From Thermoanaerobaculia bacterium (GTDB lineage: Bacteria > Acidobacteriota > Thermoanaerobaculia > UBA5066 > Gp7-AA6): 64,000 nucleotides of DNA. The notes below the pieces were generated by a model. That model was given only the letters and a program-made list of their open reading frames with translations, was not told where the DNA came from and did not search any database. The stretch is taken from contig DATJXB010000069.1 of the NCBI GenBank assembly GCA_035500755.1, forward strand, positions 4,084-68,083. Reading direction: 5' to 3'. Shown in pieces: positions 45,076 through 53,794 of the stretch (its first letter is position 1; every line of letters begins with the position of its first letter). The position numbers and the translations under genes were made by a program.

Positions 45076-48039
45076 ATGATCCTCCGGCGCGTCCCGGGCC
45101 CGGCCCGGGGCTGGCGGCCCCCGGCCTGGGTGGCCGCGGCGCTCGGGCTCTTCCTGGCGGGGCCGGCCCGCGCGCTCGACCCCGCCAAGGCGATCACGCA
45201 GTACGCCCACCAGGTCTGGAACACCGACGCGGGGCTGCCGCAGAATTCGATCCAGGCGATCCTCCAGACGCGCGACGGCTACATCTGGCTCGGCACCGAG
45301 CGCGGCCTCGTGCGCTTCGACGGCGTCCAGTTCACCGTCTTCGACAAGGGCAACACGCCCGGAATGCAGAACAGCAACACGCAGGCCCTCTACGAGGACC
45401 GCGCGGGCAACTTCTGGGTCGGCACGTGGGGCGGTCTCCACCTCTTCAAGGACGGGCGCATGACCGCCTACACGACGAAGGAGGGGCTCTCCCACAACCG
45501 TGTGCTCGCGATCTGCGAGGACCGGGAGGGCGCCCTGTGGATCGGCACGGGCGGCGGCGGCCTGAACCGTCTGAAGGACGGAAAGGTCACGACGCTGACC
45601 TCGCGCGACGGACTGTCGAACGACCGGATCTGGTCGATCGCCGAAGACCGCGACGGGAGTCTGTGGGTCGGCACCGACGGCGGCGGGCTCGACCGCGTCC
45701 GCGACGGAAAGGTCACGGTCTACGGCGCGAAGGAGGGACTGCCGGCCGAGTACATCCAGGCGGTCTTCGTCGACAGCCGCGGCGACGTCTGGGTCGGAAC
45801 CGACGGCTCCGGTGTCGGCCGCCTGCGCGACGGCGCGTTCACGTTCTACACGACGAAAGACGGCCTCGCCAGCGACACGGTCGAGTCGATCAACGAGGAT
45901 CGCGACGGCAACCTGTGGATCGGCTGCCAGAGCGGCGGCCTCGCGCGCCTGGCGGACGGCCGCCTCTCGCGGTTCACGCCGGGGGAGGGCCTCTCCGACG
46001 ACACCGTGCTCGCGATCTTCGAGGACCGCGAGGCGAGCCTCTGGATCGGCACGGTCGCGGGCGGGCTCAATCGCCTCGAGGACGGGAAGTTCACCGCCTT
46101 CACCCGAAAGGAGGGGCTCTCGAGCGACCGCGTGCGCACGATCTTTCAGGCGCGCGATGGCGCGATCTGGCTCGGCACGCGCGGCGCGGGAGTGTCGCGG
46201 TATCGCGACGGTGTCTTCACCCTCTTCGGGGCGCGCGAGGGCCTCTCCGGCGACTTCGTGCGGACGATCGCCGAGGACGGGAAAGGCCGGCTCTGGGTCG
46301 GAACGTGGGGCGACGGTCTGGACGTGCTCGAGGGCCAGCGGTTCCGCGCCTTCCACGTCCGCGACGGCCTGCCGAGCGAGATCATCCGGTGCCTCTACGC
46401 CGACCGCGACGGGACGCTGTGGGTCGGCACGGATTCGGGCGGCCTCGTCCGCGAGCGCGACGGCCGCTTCGAGGTCTTCGGGACGCGGGAAGGGCTCTCG
46501 AGCGCGACGGTCCTCGCGATCCTGCAGGACCGCGACGGCGCGCTCTGGCTCGGCACCGAGGGCGGGGGTCTCAACCGTTTCGCGCACGGCAAGTTCACGG
46601 CGCTCACCCGCAAGGACGGCCTCTCGGACGACACCGTCCTCTCGCTCTACGAGGACGGCGACGGCTGCCTGTGGATCGGCACCGACGGCGGCGGCCTGAA
46701 CCGGTTGAAGGACGGCAAGCTCACGCGCTTCACGCGGCAGCAGGGGCTCTTCGACGACGTCCAGTACGAGATCCTCGAGGACGGCCGGGGCTACCTCTGG
46801 ATGAGCTGCAGCCGCGGGATCTTCCGCGTGCGCCGCGCCGAGCTCGAGGAGCTGGCCGAGGGCCGGCGCGAGTCCGTCGTTTCCCAGTCCTACGGGCGCG
46901 CCGACGGAATGCGCTCGGCCGAGTGCTCCGGGTTCTCGCAGCCCGCCGGCTGGAAGACCGCCGACGGCAAGCTCTGGTTCCCGACGATCGAGGGCGCCGT
47001 CGTGATCGACCCCGACCGCATCCGCACGAACACGCTGCCGCCGCCCGTCGTCGTCGAAGAAGTTCTCGCGGACCGGCGGCCGCTTCCGGAGGGGGATCCT
47101 GCCGAGGTTCCGCCCGGCCGCGGCGACCTCGAGTTTCACTATGCCGGGCTCTCGTTCGTGGACCCCGACCGCGTGACGTTTCGCTACATGCTCGCGGGGT
47201 TCGACCGGGAGTGGATCGAGGCCGGCGCGCGCCGCACGGCGTTCTACACGAACATCCCGCCCGGCCGTTACTCCTTCCACGTGCGCGCGGCCAACAACGA
47301 CGGCGTCTGGAGCGAGAAGGACGCGGTCGTGCGCTTCGCGCTCGAGCCCCACTTCCGCCAGACGCCGTGGTTCTACGGCCTCTGCGCCGCCGGGTTGGTG
47401 CTGGCCGGCTTCGGCGCCGCGCGGGTGCGGGCGGCCCGGGCGCGGGCCCGCGAGCGTGAGCTCGAGAAGACGGTCGCCGAGCGCACGCTGCAGCTCGAAG
47501 AAGCCAACTCCAAGCTCCAGCAGCTATCCGAGGTCGACGCGCTCACGGGCATCGCGAACCGGCGCCGCTTCGAAGAGACGCTGGCGCGCGAGTGGCGCCG
47601 GGCCATGCGCGACGAGATGCCGCTGTCGCTGATCATGATCGACATCGACTACTTCAAGGACTTCAACGACGCGTGCGGCCACCAGGTCGGCGACCAGTGC
47701 TTGAGGCGCGTGGCGGGCGAAATCCGCGAGGCGCTGACGCGGCCGGGCGACGTCGTGGCGCGTTACGGCGGCGAGGAGTTCGCCGCGGTCCTGCCGTCGA
47801 CGCCGGCGCGCGGCGCGATCGCCGTCGCCGAGATGCTCCGGGGACGCGTCGAGGCGCTGGCGACGCGGCACCCGAAGGCGCCCAACGGCATCGTCACGAT
47901 CAGCCTGGGAGTGGCGACGGCGGCGCCGGGGGTCTCCTCGTCGCCGGAGAATCTGATCGCGGCGGCCGATGGAGCCCTGTACCGCGCCAAGCGCGCCGGC
48001 AGGAATCGCGTCGAGTCCGACGAAATCGCGGCGACGTAG
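45076..48039 (+). CDS. Periplasmic two-component-regulator-propeller / Y_Y_Y sensor fused to GGDEF diguanylate cyclase
   Basis: Signal peptide. More than 12 ~40-aa repeats (DG.LW.GT.GGGL.R..DG.FT.FT..DGL). Y_Y_Y region (FRYMLAGFDREWIEAG). One TM and a coiled coil. GGDEF domain with active site GGEEF and I-site RPGD. The track start at 45070 is TTG; the ATG is at 45076. Confidence 0.9.
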   Translation: MILRRVPGPARGWRPPAWVAAALGLFLAGPARALDPAKAITQYAHQVWNTDAGLPQNSIQAILQTRDGYIWLGTERGLVRFDGVQFTVFDKGNTPGMQNSNTQALYEDRAGNFWVGTWGGLHLFKDGRMTAYTTKEGLSHNRVLAICEDREGALWIGTGGGGLNRLKDGKVTTLTSRDGLSNDRIWSIAEDRDGSLWVGTDGGGLDRVRDGKVTVYGAKEGLPAEYIQAVFVDSRGDVWVGTDGSGVGRLRDGAFTFYTTKDGLASDTVESINEDRDGNLWIGCQSGGLARLADGRLSRFTPGEGLSDDTVLAIFEDREASLWIGTVAGGLNRLEDGKFTAFTRKEGLSSDRVRTIFQARDGAIWLGTRGAGVSRYRDGVFTLFGAREGLSGDFVRTIAEDGKGRLWVGTWGDGLDVLEGQRFRAFHVRDGLPSEIIRCLYADRDGTLWVGTDSGGLVRERDGRFEVFGTREGLSSATVLAILQDRDGALWLGTEGGGLNRFAHGKFTALTRKDGLSDDTVLSLYEDGDGCLWIGTDGGGLNRLKDGKLTRFTRQQGLFDDVQYEILEDGRGYLWMSCSRGIFRVRRAELEELAEGRRESVVSQSYGRADGMRSAECSGFSQPAGWKTADGKLWFPTIEGAVVIDPDRIRTNTLPPPVVVEEVLADRRPLPEGDPAEVPPGRGDLEFHYAGLSFVDPDRVTFRYMLAGFDREWIEAGARRTAFYTNIPPGRYSFHVRAANNDGVWSEKDAVVRFALEPHFRQTPWFYGLCAAGLVLAGFGAARVRAARARARERELEKTVAERTLQLEEANSKLQQLSEVDALTGIANRRRFEETLAREWRRAMRDEMPLSLIMIDIDYFKDFNDACGHQVGDQCLRRVAGEIREALTRPGDVVARYGGEEFAAVLPSTPARGAIAVAEMLRGRVEALATRHPKAPNGIVTISLGVATAAPGVSSSPENLIAAADGALYRAKRAGRNRVESDEIAAT

Positions 48040-48049
48040 GCGCCGCGCA

Positions 48050-49240
48050 TCAGAGCTCCGGGATCTTCGCGAGCCCCACGGCGAGGGTGACGTCCCGGCC
48101 GCTGCGCCGGACCGTTTCGGGCAGGGGAAGGGGTCTGGCCGCGCGCGCCTTCTTGATCGCAGCCTCGAAGCGCTCGGCCGCGGCGGCGTCGTCGAATCGG
48201 ATGCGCCAGAGGTAGCCCATCTTGCCGTCCGGAACGGCGAAGGCGATCCGGTCGCCCCGCCAGCCCGCGGAGGCCGCCGCGGCCTCTTCCTCCGGCAGGG
48301 CGCGGCCGAGGAGGAAACGCAGTGTCCATTCGCCCAGGGTGTCGGTGTAGACGACGCGCGCGCCGCCGAAGAGCGAAGCCGGGTTGGGCGGGATCAGTCC
48401 CTCGACGGGCGGGGGGTACGGCGCGCCGTGGATGATCTCGGCGCTCGAGGCCGGCGGGTTGCGCCAGAAGCGGTCGACCTCGGCCCAGCCGCCTTTCTCG
48501 TAGGCGGCGCGGACGAAGGCCGAGCCCTCGGCGTACGGGAAGAAGAGCTGGTCGACGAAATACGCGGGCACGCCCTTGGGCACGTTCGCGCGCTCGAGGC
48601 CGCCCGAAGTCAGGAGCGGCGCGAGCTCTTCTTCGGCCTTCTCGTCGGCCCCGGGGATGTCCTTGAGCGCGACCTTGATCATGACGAAGGTCGCCTCGCC
48701 TTCGAGAAGGGCCTGCAGCGCGAAGCCGCGGTCGCTGTCGTCTTTGAGAGCCTTGGTCCGCGCGTCGAGCTTCATCGTTTCGTCCTGCAACGCGTGCATC
48801 AGCTCGTGCGAGTAGATGAGGCTCTGGGCGAGGCCCGCCATCCCGGGCACGTCCGACGAGACGGCACCCTCGGCGCCCCGGACGACGAAGAACCGGCGCG
48901 GCTCGGGGTCGTAGAAGGCGACGACCTGGCCCGCGTAGAAGTCGACGAGGCGGTCGAGCACCCCGGGGGCGTCCTCGATCAGGCCGAGAATCGCGAGCGA
49001 GCGGAAGTACTCCTCGGCCGACGAGGGCAGCGACTCGACGATCTTCGCCTTCAGGATCCGCCGGGCCTCGGCCGGGTCGAGCTCGACGGCGGGGACCGGG
49101 CGCTCGAACTTTCGGCCCCGCACCTGCTCGACCTGCCGGGAGACCTCGGCGACGCGCTCCGGGAGGAGGTCGGTTCCGGCCGGAAGCAGGGAGGCGGCGA
49201 GCGCGAGAAAGACCGCACCGGCGAGGCGTTTTCGGGGCAC
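48050..49240 (-). CDS. Secreted HExxH metallopeptidase-like protein (peptidase MA-type)
   Basis: GTG 49240 gives a signal peptide (RLAGAVFLALAASLLPAG). HELMHALQD plus a downstream LLEGEATF suggests a gluzincin-type site. The family name is not verified. Confidence 0.72.
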   Translation of the reverse strand: MPRKRLAGAVFLALAASLLPAGTDLLPERVAEVSRQVEQVRGRKFERPVPAVELDPAEARRILKAKIVESLPSSAEEYFRSLAILGLIEDAPGVLDRLVDFYAGQVVAFYDPEPRRFFVVRGAEGAVSSDVPGMAGLAQSLIYSHELMHALQDETMKLDARTKALKDDSDRGFALQALLEGEATFVMIKVALKDIPGADEKAEEELAPLLTSGGLERANVPKGVPAYFVDQLFFPYAEGSAFVRAAYEKGGWAEVDRFWRNPPASSAEIIHGAPYPPPVEGLIPPNPASLFGGARVVYTDTLGEWTLRFLLGRALPEEEAAAASAGWRGDRIAFAVPDGKMGYLWRIRFDDAAAAERFEAAIKKARAARPLPLPETVRRSGRDVTLAVGLAKIPEL

Positions 49241-49323
49241 GCCCGAGGGTAGCACGGCGGCCTTTCGGCTTCCTTTTGCTCGGGGCTTTGGACTAAGATC
49301 CGCGCGACCTAAAAAGTCCGTGC

Positions 49324-49791
49324 ATGAGCGCAGTGTCACCGTCCAGCAAACCCGGCCCGATCCGGATGTCTCTTTCCAGCCGTTTCGAGAACATCGAGAT
49401 GGTGCAGCACCTGTGCTCGAAGCTGCTGGAGGGACGGGACGTCCCGGAGGAGCTCCGCCACTGGATCCTGATGGCGCTGCGCGAGGGGCTCGCCAACGCG
49501 ATCAAGCACGGCAACCAGCAGGACATGTCGAAGCACGTGCATCTCGAGATGGACATCGTGGGTGACACCCTCGCGATCTCGATCCGGGACGAGGGCCCGG
49601 GCTTCGACCCGGAAGAGGTGGCCGATCCCCTGGCGCCGGAGAACCGGCTGAAGACATCGGGCCGAGGCATCTTCTACATGCGGACGTTCATGGACGACGT
49701 CCGGTTTCGGCGCCACGCGAGCGGAGGCATGGAGATCGTTCTGAAGAAGAATTTGGCGGCGGTCAACGAGAAGGAGGGGAGCGCAGAATGA
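49324..49791 (+). CDS. Anti-sigma-factor-type serine kinase (RsbW/SpoIIAB-like HATPase)
   Basis: N-box LREGLANAIKHGN, G1 IRDEGPGFD, G2 TSGRGIFYM. The ~150-aa size is typical of RsbW-like kinases. The stop overlaps the next gene's start (ATGA). Confidence 0.85.
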   Translation: MSAVSPSSKPGPIRMSLSSRFENIEMVQHLCSKLLEGRDVPEELRHWILMALREGLANAIKHGNQQDMSKHVHLEMDIVGDTLAISIRDEGPGFDPEEVADPLAPENRLKTSGRGIFYMRTFMDDVRFRRHASGGMEIVLKKNLAAVNEKEGSAE

Positions 49792-50129
49792 AAACCAACG
49801 TGCGCGATGCCGGCGGCGTTCAGGTCGTCGAGCTCAAGGGCAAGATCACGATCGGGTCCGGAGACGTCCAGCTGCGCGAGACGATCAACAAGCTCGTCGA
49901 CTCGGGCAAGAAGAACGTCCTCGTGGACATGAAAGAGGTCACGACCATCGACTCGTCGGGCATCGGCGAGCTCGTCGGCTGCTACACCTCGGTCACGAAC
50001 AAGGGCGGCAAGCTCAAGCTGCTCCACCTGCCGCCGAAGATCAACGACGTGCTGACCGTGACCCAGCTCATCACCGTTTTCGACGTCTACGAATCGGAGT
50101 CGGAGGCGCTGGCGAGCTTCCGCGGCTAG
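49788..50129 (+). CDS. STAS-domain anti-sigma-factor antagonist (RsbV/SpoIIAA-like)
   Basis: Strong AAGGAGGGGA SD. Conserved phosphorylatable serine context TIDSSGIGELV. 113 aa. Confidence 0.9.
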   Translation: MKTNVRDAGGVQVVELKGKITIGSGDVQLRETINKLVDSGKKNVLVDMKEVTTIDSSGIGELVGCYTSVTNKGGKLKLLHLPPKINDVLTVTQLITVFDVYESESEALASFRG

Positions 50130-50136
50130 GGTTCCT

Positions 50137-51036
50137 CTGACGGCCTCCTCCGCGGGCGCCGGCGCGTTCGACCGGTTCGCGGCGTCCGCCCGCCCGTCGC
50201 TCGAGGAGGCCCTCCGCCAGAGTCTTCCGTCGCCGGCCGCCCGCGCCGAGGCGCTCGGGCGAGCCATGGCCGACGCGGCGCTGTCCCCCGGAAAACGTCT
50301 CCGGCCGCTGGCCGCGCTCGCGGCGGGCGACCTCGTGCGGGCGCCGCGCGAAGCCGCGCTCGCCGTCGGGGTCGCAGTCGAGCTCGTCCACGCCGCCTCG
50401 CTCGTGCTCGACGACCTGCCGTCGATGGACGACGCGGGGCGCCGCCGCGGCCGCCCGGCGATCCACCGCGTGCACGGCGTCGCGACGGCCGAGCTCGCGG
50501 CGGTGGCCCTCCTCGCGCGTGCCTTCGAGATCGTCGCCGGCGCGCCCGGGGCCACCCCGGCCGCGCGGACCCGACTCGGGCGCGAGCTCGCGGCGGCGGT
50601 CGGCACGGAGGGCTGCTGCGCGGGCCAGGCGGCCGACCTCGCCGCCGATCCGAAGGCGCTCGCCCTCGACGACCTCGAGGCGATCCACGCGCGCAAGACC
50701 GGCGCCCTCTTCGTCGCGGCCGTGCGCGGCGGGGCCATCGCGGGCGGCGCCGGCGAGAAGGTGCTCGCCGCGCTGACCGCTTACGCGCGCAACCTCGGCC
50801 TCGCGTTCCAGATCACCGACGATCTCCTCGACCTCGAGGGCGACCCGGTGCGGATGGGCAAGGACACGGGGCGCGACGCGCACCGCGCGAATTTCGCCTC
50901 CGTCCTCGGGGCGCCGTCGGCGCACCGGCTCGTGGAGGAGCTGCTCGAAGCCGCGCTCGCGGCCCTGACGCCCCTCGGACGGCGCGGCGCCGTCCTCGCG
51001 GATCTCGCCCGGGTGGTCCGGGATCGCCGGTCGTGA
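50137..51036 (+). CDS. Polyprenyl diphosphate synthase, CrtE-like (probable geranylgeranyl-PP synthase)
   Basis: FARM region VELVHAASLVLDDLPSMDDAGRRRG has Ala-Ser at -5/-4, as in CrtE-type GGPPS. SARM FQITDDLLD. The first canonical start is ATG 50266, but the conserved helix-A region (FDRFAASARPSLEEALRQSLP...) lies upstream, where CTG 50137 is the only near-cognate start. Confidence 0.85.
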   Translation: MTASSAGAGAFDRFAASARPSLEEALRQSLPSPAARAEALGRAMADAALSPGKRLRPLAALAAGDLVRAPREAALAVGVAVELVHAASLVLDDLPSMDDAGRRRGRPAIHRVHGVATAELAAVALLARAFEIVAGAPGATPAARTRLGRELAAAVGTEGCCAGQAADLAADPKALALDDLEAIHARKTGALFVAAVRGGAIAGGAGEKVLAALTAYARNLGLAFQITDDLLDLEGDPVRMGKDTGRDAHRANFASVLGAPSAHRLVEELLEAALAALTPLGRRGAVLADLARVVRDRRS

Positions 51037-52628
51037 CGGCGCGGCCGAGCCTCGAGGAGGCCCGGGCGAGGCTCAGGGAGCTCGGCTACCTCCAGGGCGG
51101 CGTCGAAAAGCTTCTCTTCCGGCCGGTGTTCGAGGGGCGCGGGGGCGCGTTTCTGCCGGCCGTGCTGTTCGGCGCGCTCGGCGGCGCGCTGGCGGCCCTG
51201 GCCTCGGTCGAGGTCTCGGAACCGGGCTTCGGCGCGTCCCCGGCGTCCGCGGCCGCGCTGCTCGTCCACGTCTTCATCGCCGACCTGCTGCCGGCGGCGT
51301 TGCTCGCCGGCGTCGCCGCCGTTGCGGCGGACCGGTCGCGCCGCCCGGGCCTGGCGTCGACGGCCGCGGGGCTGGCGTCGGCGGCGATCGTCTTCGCGCT
51401 GTGGATCGGCGGAACGTACGGGCTCGCCCGCGAGCTCTCGCCGCGGTCTCTGCTGTGGGGCGTTCCCGTCGCGTCGGCGGCCCTGTTTCTCGCGGCGGCG
51501 GTGCGCCTCGGATTCCTGGCGCGCGCGTTCGCCCGCTCGGGATCGCTGCCCGGGGGCGCGGCCCGGCGCGTCTTCGCCGGCGCCGCGGCCGCCGGCCTGC
51601 TCGTCGCGGTGGCGCTTCTCCTGCCGCGCCGCGAGCCGGCGGCAGCCGAGCCGCCGCGCGTCGCCCCGAGACCGATCGCGATCGTCGTGCTCGCGGTCGA
51701 CGGACTCGACCTCGATGGCGCGGGCCGCGACTCCGGCGCCGCGCGCCTGCTCGCTTCCGGGGCGACGGGCTGGTGGCCGGCCGAGCGGCTCTCGCCCCCG
51801 GAGATCTGGACGGACCTCGCGACGGGCACCTCGTCGCGCGAGCACGGCGTGCGGGCGCTCGCGCGCGTGCGCCCCCTCGGCGCGCCGCTGGCGCTGCGGC
51901 CGCCCTTCGGGACCTCCTGGTATCTGCGGCGGCTCGGTCCGGCGCTCGGTCTCGTCGCCAACGCCCCGGTCTCGGGCGCCGACCGCCGCCGTCTGGACTT
52001 CTGGGAGGTCGCGGCGTCGGCCGGGATCCGGAGCCTCTCGGTGGGCTGGTGGGCGGCGGGACCCTGGCCGGGCGCGGCGGTCGTCGAGAACCGCGCGATC
52101 CTCGAGCAGGCGCGCAACGGCGTCGAGGCCGACCGCGTCGCGATGTCGGTCTTCGACGGCGACTTCCGGCAGGGCTTCGGTCTGGCGACCGTCTACCTTC
52201 CCGGCTGCGACATCGCGCGCGACGATCCGGCGGCGTGGCAGACCGCGGCCGCGGCGGTCGAGGGGACGCTGGCCCGGTGGATCGGCCGTGCGTCCTCGGG
52301 CGAGATCGTGCTCGTCGTCCTCGCCGCGGACAGCCATCCGCGCGGGGCGGGCGCGGTCGGCCGACTGGTCGTGTTCGACGGCGGCGGCGGGCCGAAGTCC
52401 ATCCGGATCCGTCCGGAGGACGCCGCCCCGTCGATCCTGGCGCGGGCCGGCATTCCGGCCGCGGCCGATCTCGCCGGCGTGGCGGTGCCCGCGCTCTTCG
52501 CGCCCGGTTCGCTCGAAGCGGCGCGCGTCGAGAGCTACGGACCGCGGGTCGCGCCGGCCGCCGCCGCCGCGCCCGAGACCGACCGGGAATACCTGGAAAA
52601 GCTAAGATCGCTCGGGTATCTGAAATGA
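51033..52628 (+). CDS. Polytopic membrane protein with C-terminal alkaline-phosphatase/phosphodiesterase-like domain
   Basis: GTG overlaps the upstream stop (GTGA). About 5 TM helices, then IAIVVLAVDGLDLDG (AlkP-superfamily metal-site-like). LRELGYL occurs at the N-terminus and LRSLGYL at the C-terminus. The family assignment is tentative. Confidence 0.72.
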   Translation: MTARPSLEEARARLRELGYLQGGVEKLLFRPVFEGRGGAFLPAVLFGALGGALAALASVEVSEPGFGASPASAAALLVHVFIADLLPAALLAGVAAVAADRSRRPGLASTAAGLASAAIVFALWIGGTYGLARELSPRSLLWGVPVASAALFLAAAVRLGFLARAFARSGSLPGGAARRVFAGAAAAGLLVAVALLLPRREPAAAEPPRVAPRPIAIVVLAVDGLDLDGAGRDSGAARLLASGATGWWPAERLSPPEIWTDLATGTSSREHGVRALARVRPLGAPLALRPPFGTSWYLRRLGPALGLVANAPVSGADRRRLDFWEVAASAGIRSLSVGWWAAGPWPGAAVVENRAILEQARNGVEADRVAMSVFDGDFRQGFGLATVYLPGCDIARDDPAAWQTAAAAVEGTLARWIGRASSGEIVLVVLAADSHPRGAGAVGRLVVFDGGGGPKSIRIRPEDAAPSILARAGIPAAADLAGVAVPALFAPGSLEAARVESYGPRVAPAAAAAPETDREYLEKLRSLGYLK

Positions 52629-52641
52629 GAGAGGTTCCGCG

Positions 52642-53694
52642 ATGAAGGCCGTCTTCTTCACGCGCCACGGGGGCAACGAGGTGCTCGAGTACGGCGACCG
52701 GCCGGATCCGGAGCCCGGCCCGGGCGAGGCGCGGATCGCGGTGCGCGCGGCGGCGATGAACCGCCTCGACGTCTTCGTCCGCGACGGGATCCCGGGCGTC
52801 CCGCTGCCGCAGATTCCGGGCGCGGACGGGGCCGGCATCGTGGACGCGGTGGGCGCGGGAGTGACCGGGCTCGCGCCGGGAGACCGCGTGCTCGTCCAGC
52901 CCGGCCTCTACTGCAACGAGTGCGAGTTCTGCCGCGCCGGCGAACAGAGCCTGTGCGTGGCGTACCGCATCGTCGGCGAACACGCCGCCGGCACTTTCGC
53001 CGAGCGCGCCGTGCTCCCGCGCCGGAATCTCTTTCCGATTCCCGCGGGCCTGTCCTTCGCCGAGGCCGCGGCCTTTCCGCTGGCGTATCAGACGGCGTGG
53101 CGCATGATCGTCGGCCGCGCGGCGGTGCGGCCCGGCGAGACCGTCCTGATCCATGGCGCGGGCGGCGGCGTCGGGACGGCGGCGCTCGAGGTCGCGGTCC
53201 TGGCCGGCGCGCGCGTCTTCGCGACGACCTCGGGCGCGGACAAGGCGTCGCACGCCCGGGAGTCGGGCGCCGAGGCCACGATCGACTACAAGACCGAGGA
53301 CGTCCTTCAGGCGGTGCGCCGCCTCACCGACAAGCGCGGCGTCGACGTCGTCGTCGACACCGTCGGCGAGGCGACCTGGATGACGTCGCTCAAGATCGCC
53401 GCCAAGGGCGGGCGGATCGTGACGTGCGGCGCGACGTCGGGACCGAACCCGAAGGAAGAGATCCGACTCGTCTTCTGGAAGCAGCTGTCGATCCTGGGCT
53501 CGACCATGGCCAACGACCACGAGTTCCGGACGCTCTACGCCGCGTTCGCGTCGGGCCGGCTCCGGCCGCGCGTCGACCGCCTCTTTCCGTTCTCGAAGGC
53601 TGCCGAGGCTTACCGGTACCTCGAGGAGGGGCGGCACCACGGCAAGGTGGTGCTCGTCCCCGACGGCGGCGAGGCGGCGGCAACCGCGGTCTAG
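52642..53694 (+). CDS. Zinc-type alcohol dehydrogenase / quinone oxidoreductase family (MDR)
   Basis: GAGAGAGG SD. GADGAGIVDAVG, structural-zinc-like CNECEFC, and GAGGGVGTAALEVA Rossmann motif. Confidence 0.88.
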   Translation: MKAVFFTRHGGNEVLEYGDRPDPEPGPGEARIAVRAAAMNRLDVFVRDGIPGVPLPQIPGADGAGIVDAVGAGVTGLAPGDRVLVQPGLYCNECEFCRAGEQSLCVAYRIVGEHAAGTFAERAVLPRRNLFPIPAGLSFAEAAAFPLAYQTAWRMIVGRAAVRPGETVLIHGAGGGVGTAALEVAVLAGARVFATTSGADKASHARESGAEATIDYKTEDVLQAVRRLTDKRGVDVVVDTVGEATWMTSLKIAAKGGRIVTCGATSGPNPKEEIRLVFWKQLSILGSTMANDHEFRTLYAAFASGRLRPRVDRLFPFSKAAEAYRYLEEGRHHGKVVLVPDGGEAAATAV

Positions 53695-53716
53695 CGCGTT
53701 CGACGTCCGGATCTCT

Positions 53717-53734
53717 GGATCGGTTCGCCGATCC
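53717..53734 (+). terminator. UUCG-tetraloop hairpin at the end of the 49.3-53.7 kb gene string
   Basis: GGATCGG-TTCG-CCGATCC, a perfect 7-bp stem, 23 nt after the stop at 53694. No U-tract, so its terminator function is uncertain. Confidence 0.4.
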
Positions 53735-53794
53735 GTGCGATCATTGGTTCGCTCTCATCGGGTTCGCGGGCGGTTCTCGCCGGCGACGATTCCC

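Noticed and set aside
45004-47459. 782-aa minus ORF and 677-aa plus ORF over the diguanylate cyclase gene
   Set aside because: These are repeat-driven shadow frames of the propeller repeats. Only the 45076-48039 frame gives the Reg_prop/Y_Y_Y/GGDEF architecture.
50781-53640. 518-aa, 343-aa and 788-aa minus-strand ORFs across 50.8-53.6 kb
   Set aside because: They are antisense to the prenyl synthase, AlkP-like and MDR genes. Their extreme Arg/Pro/Ala content argues against real proteins.
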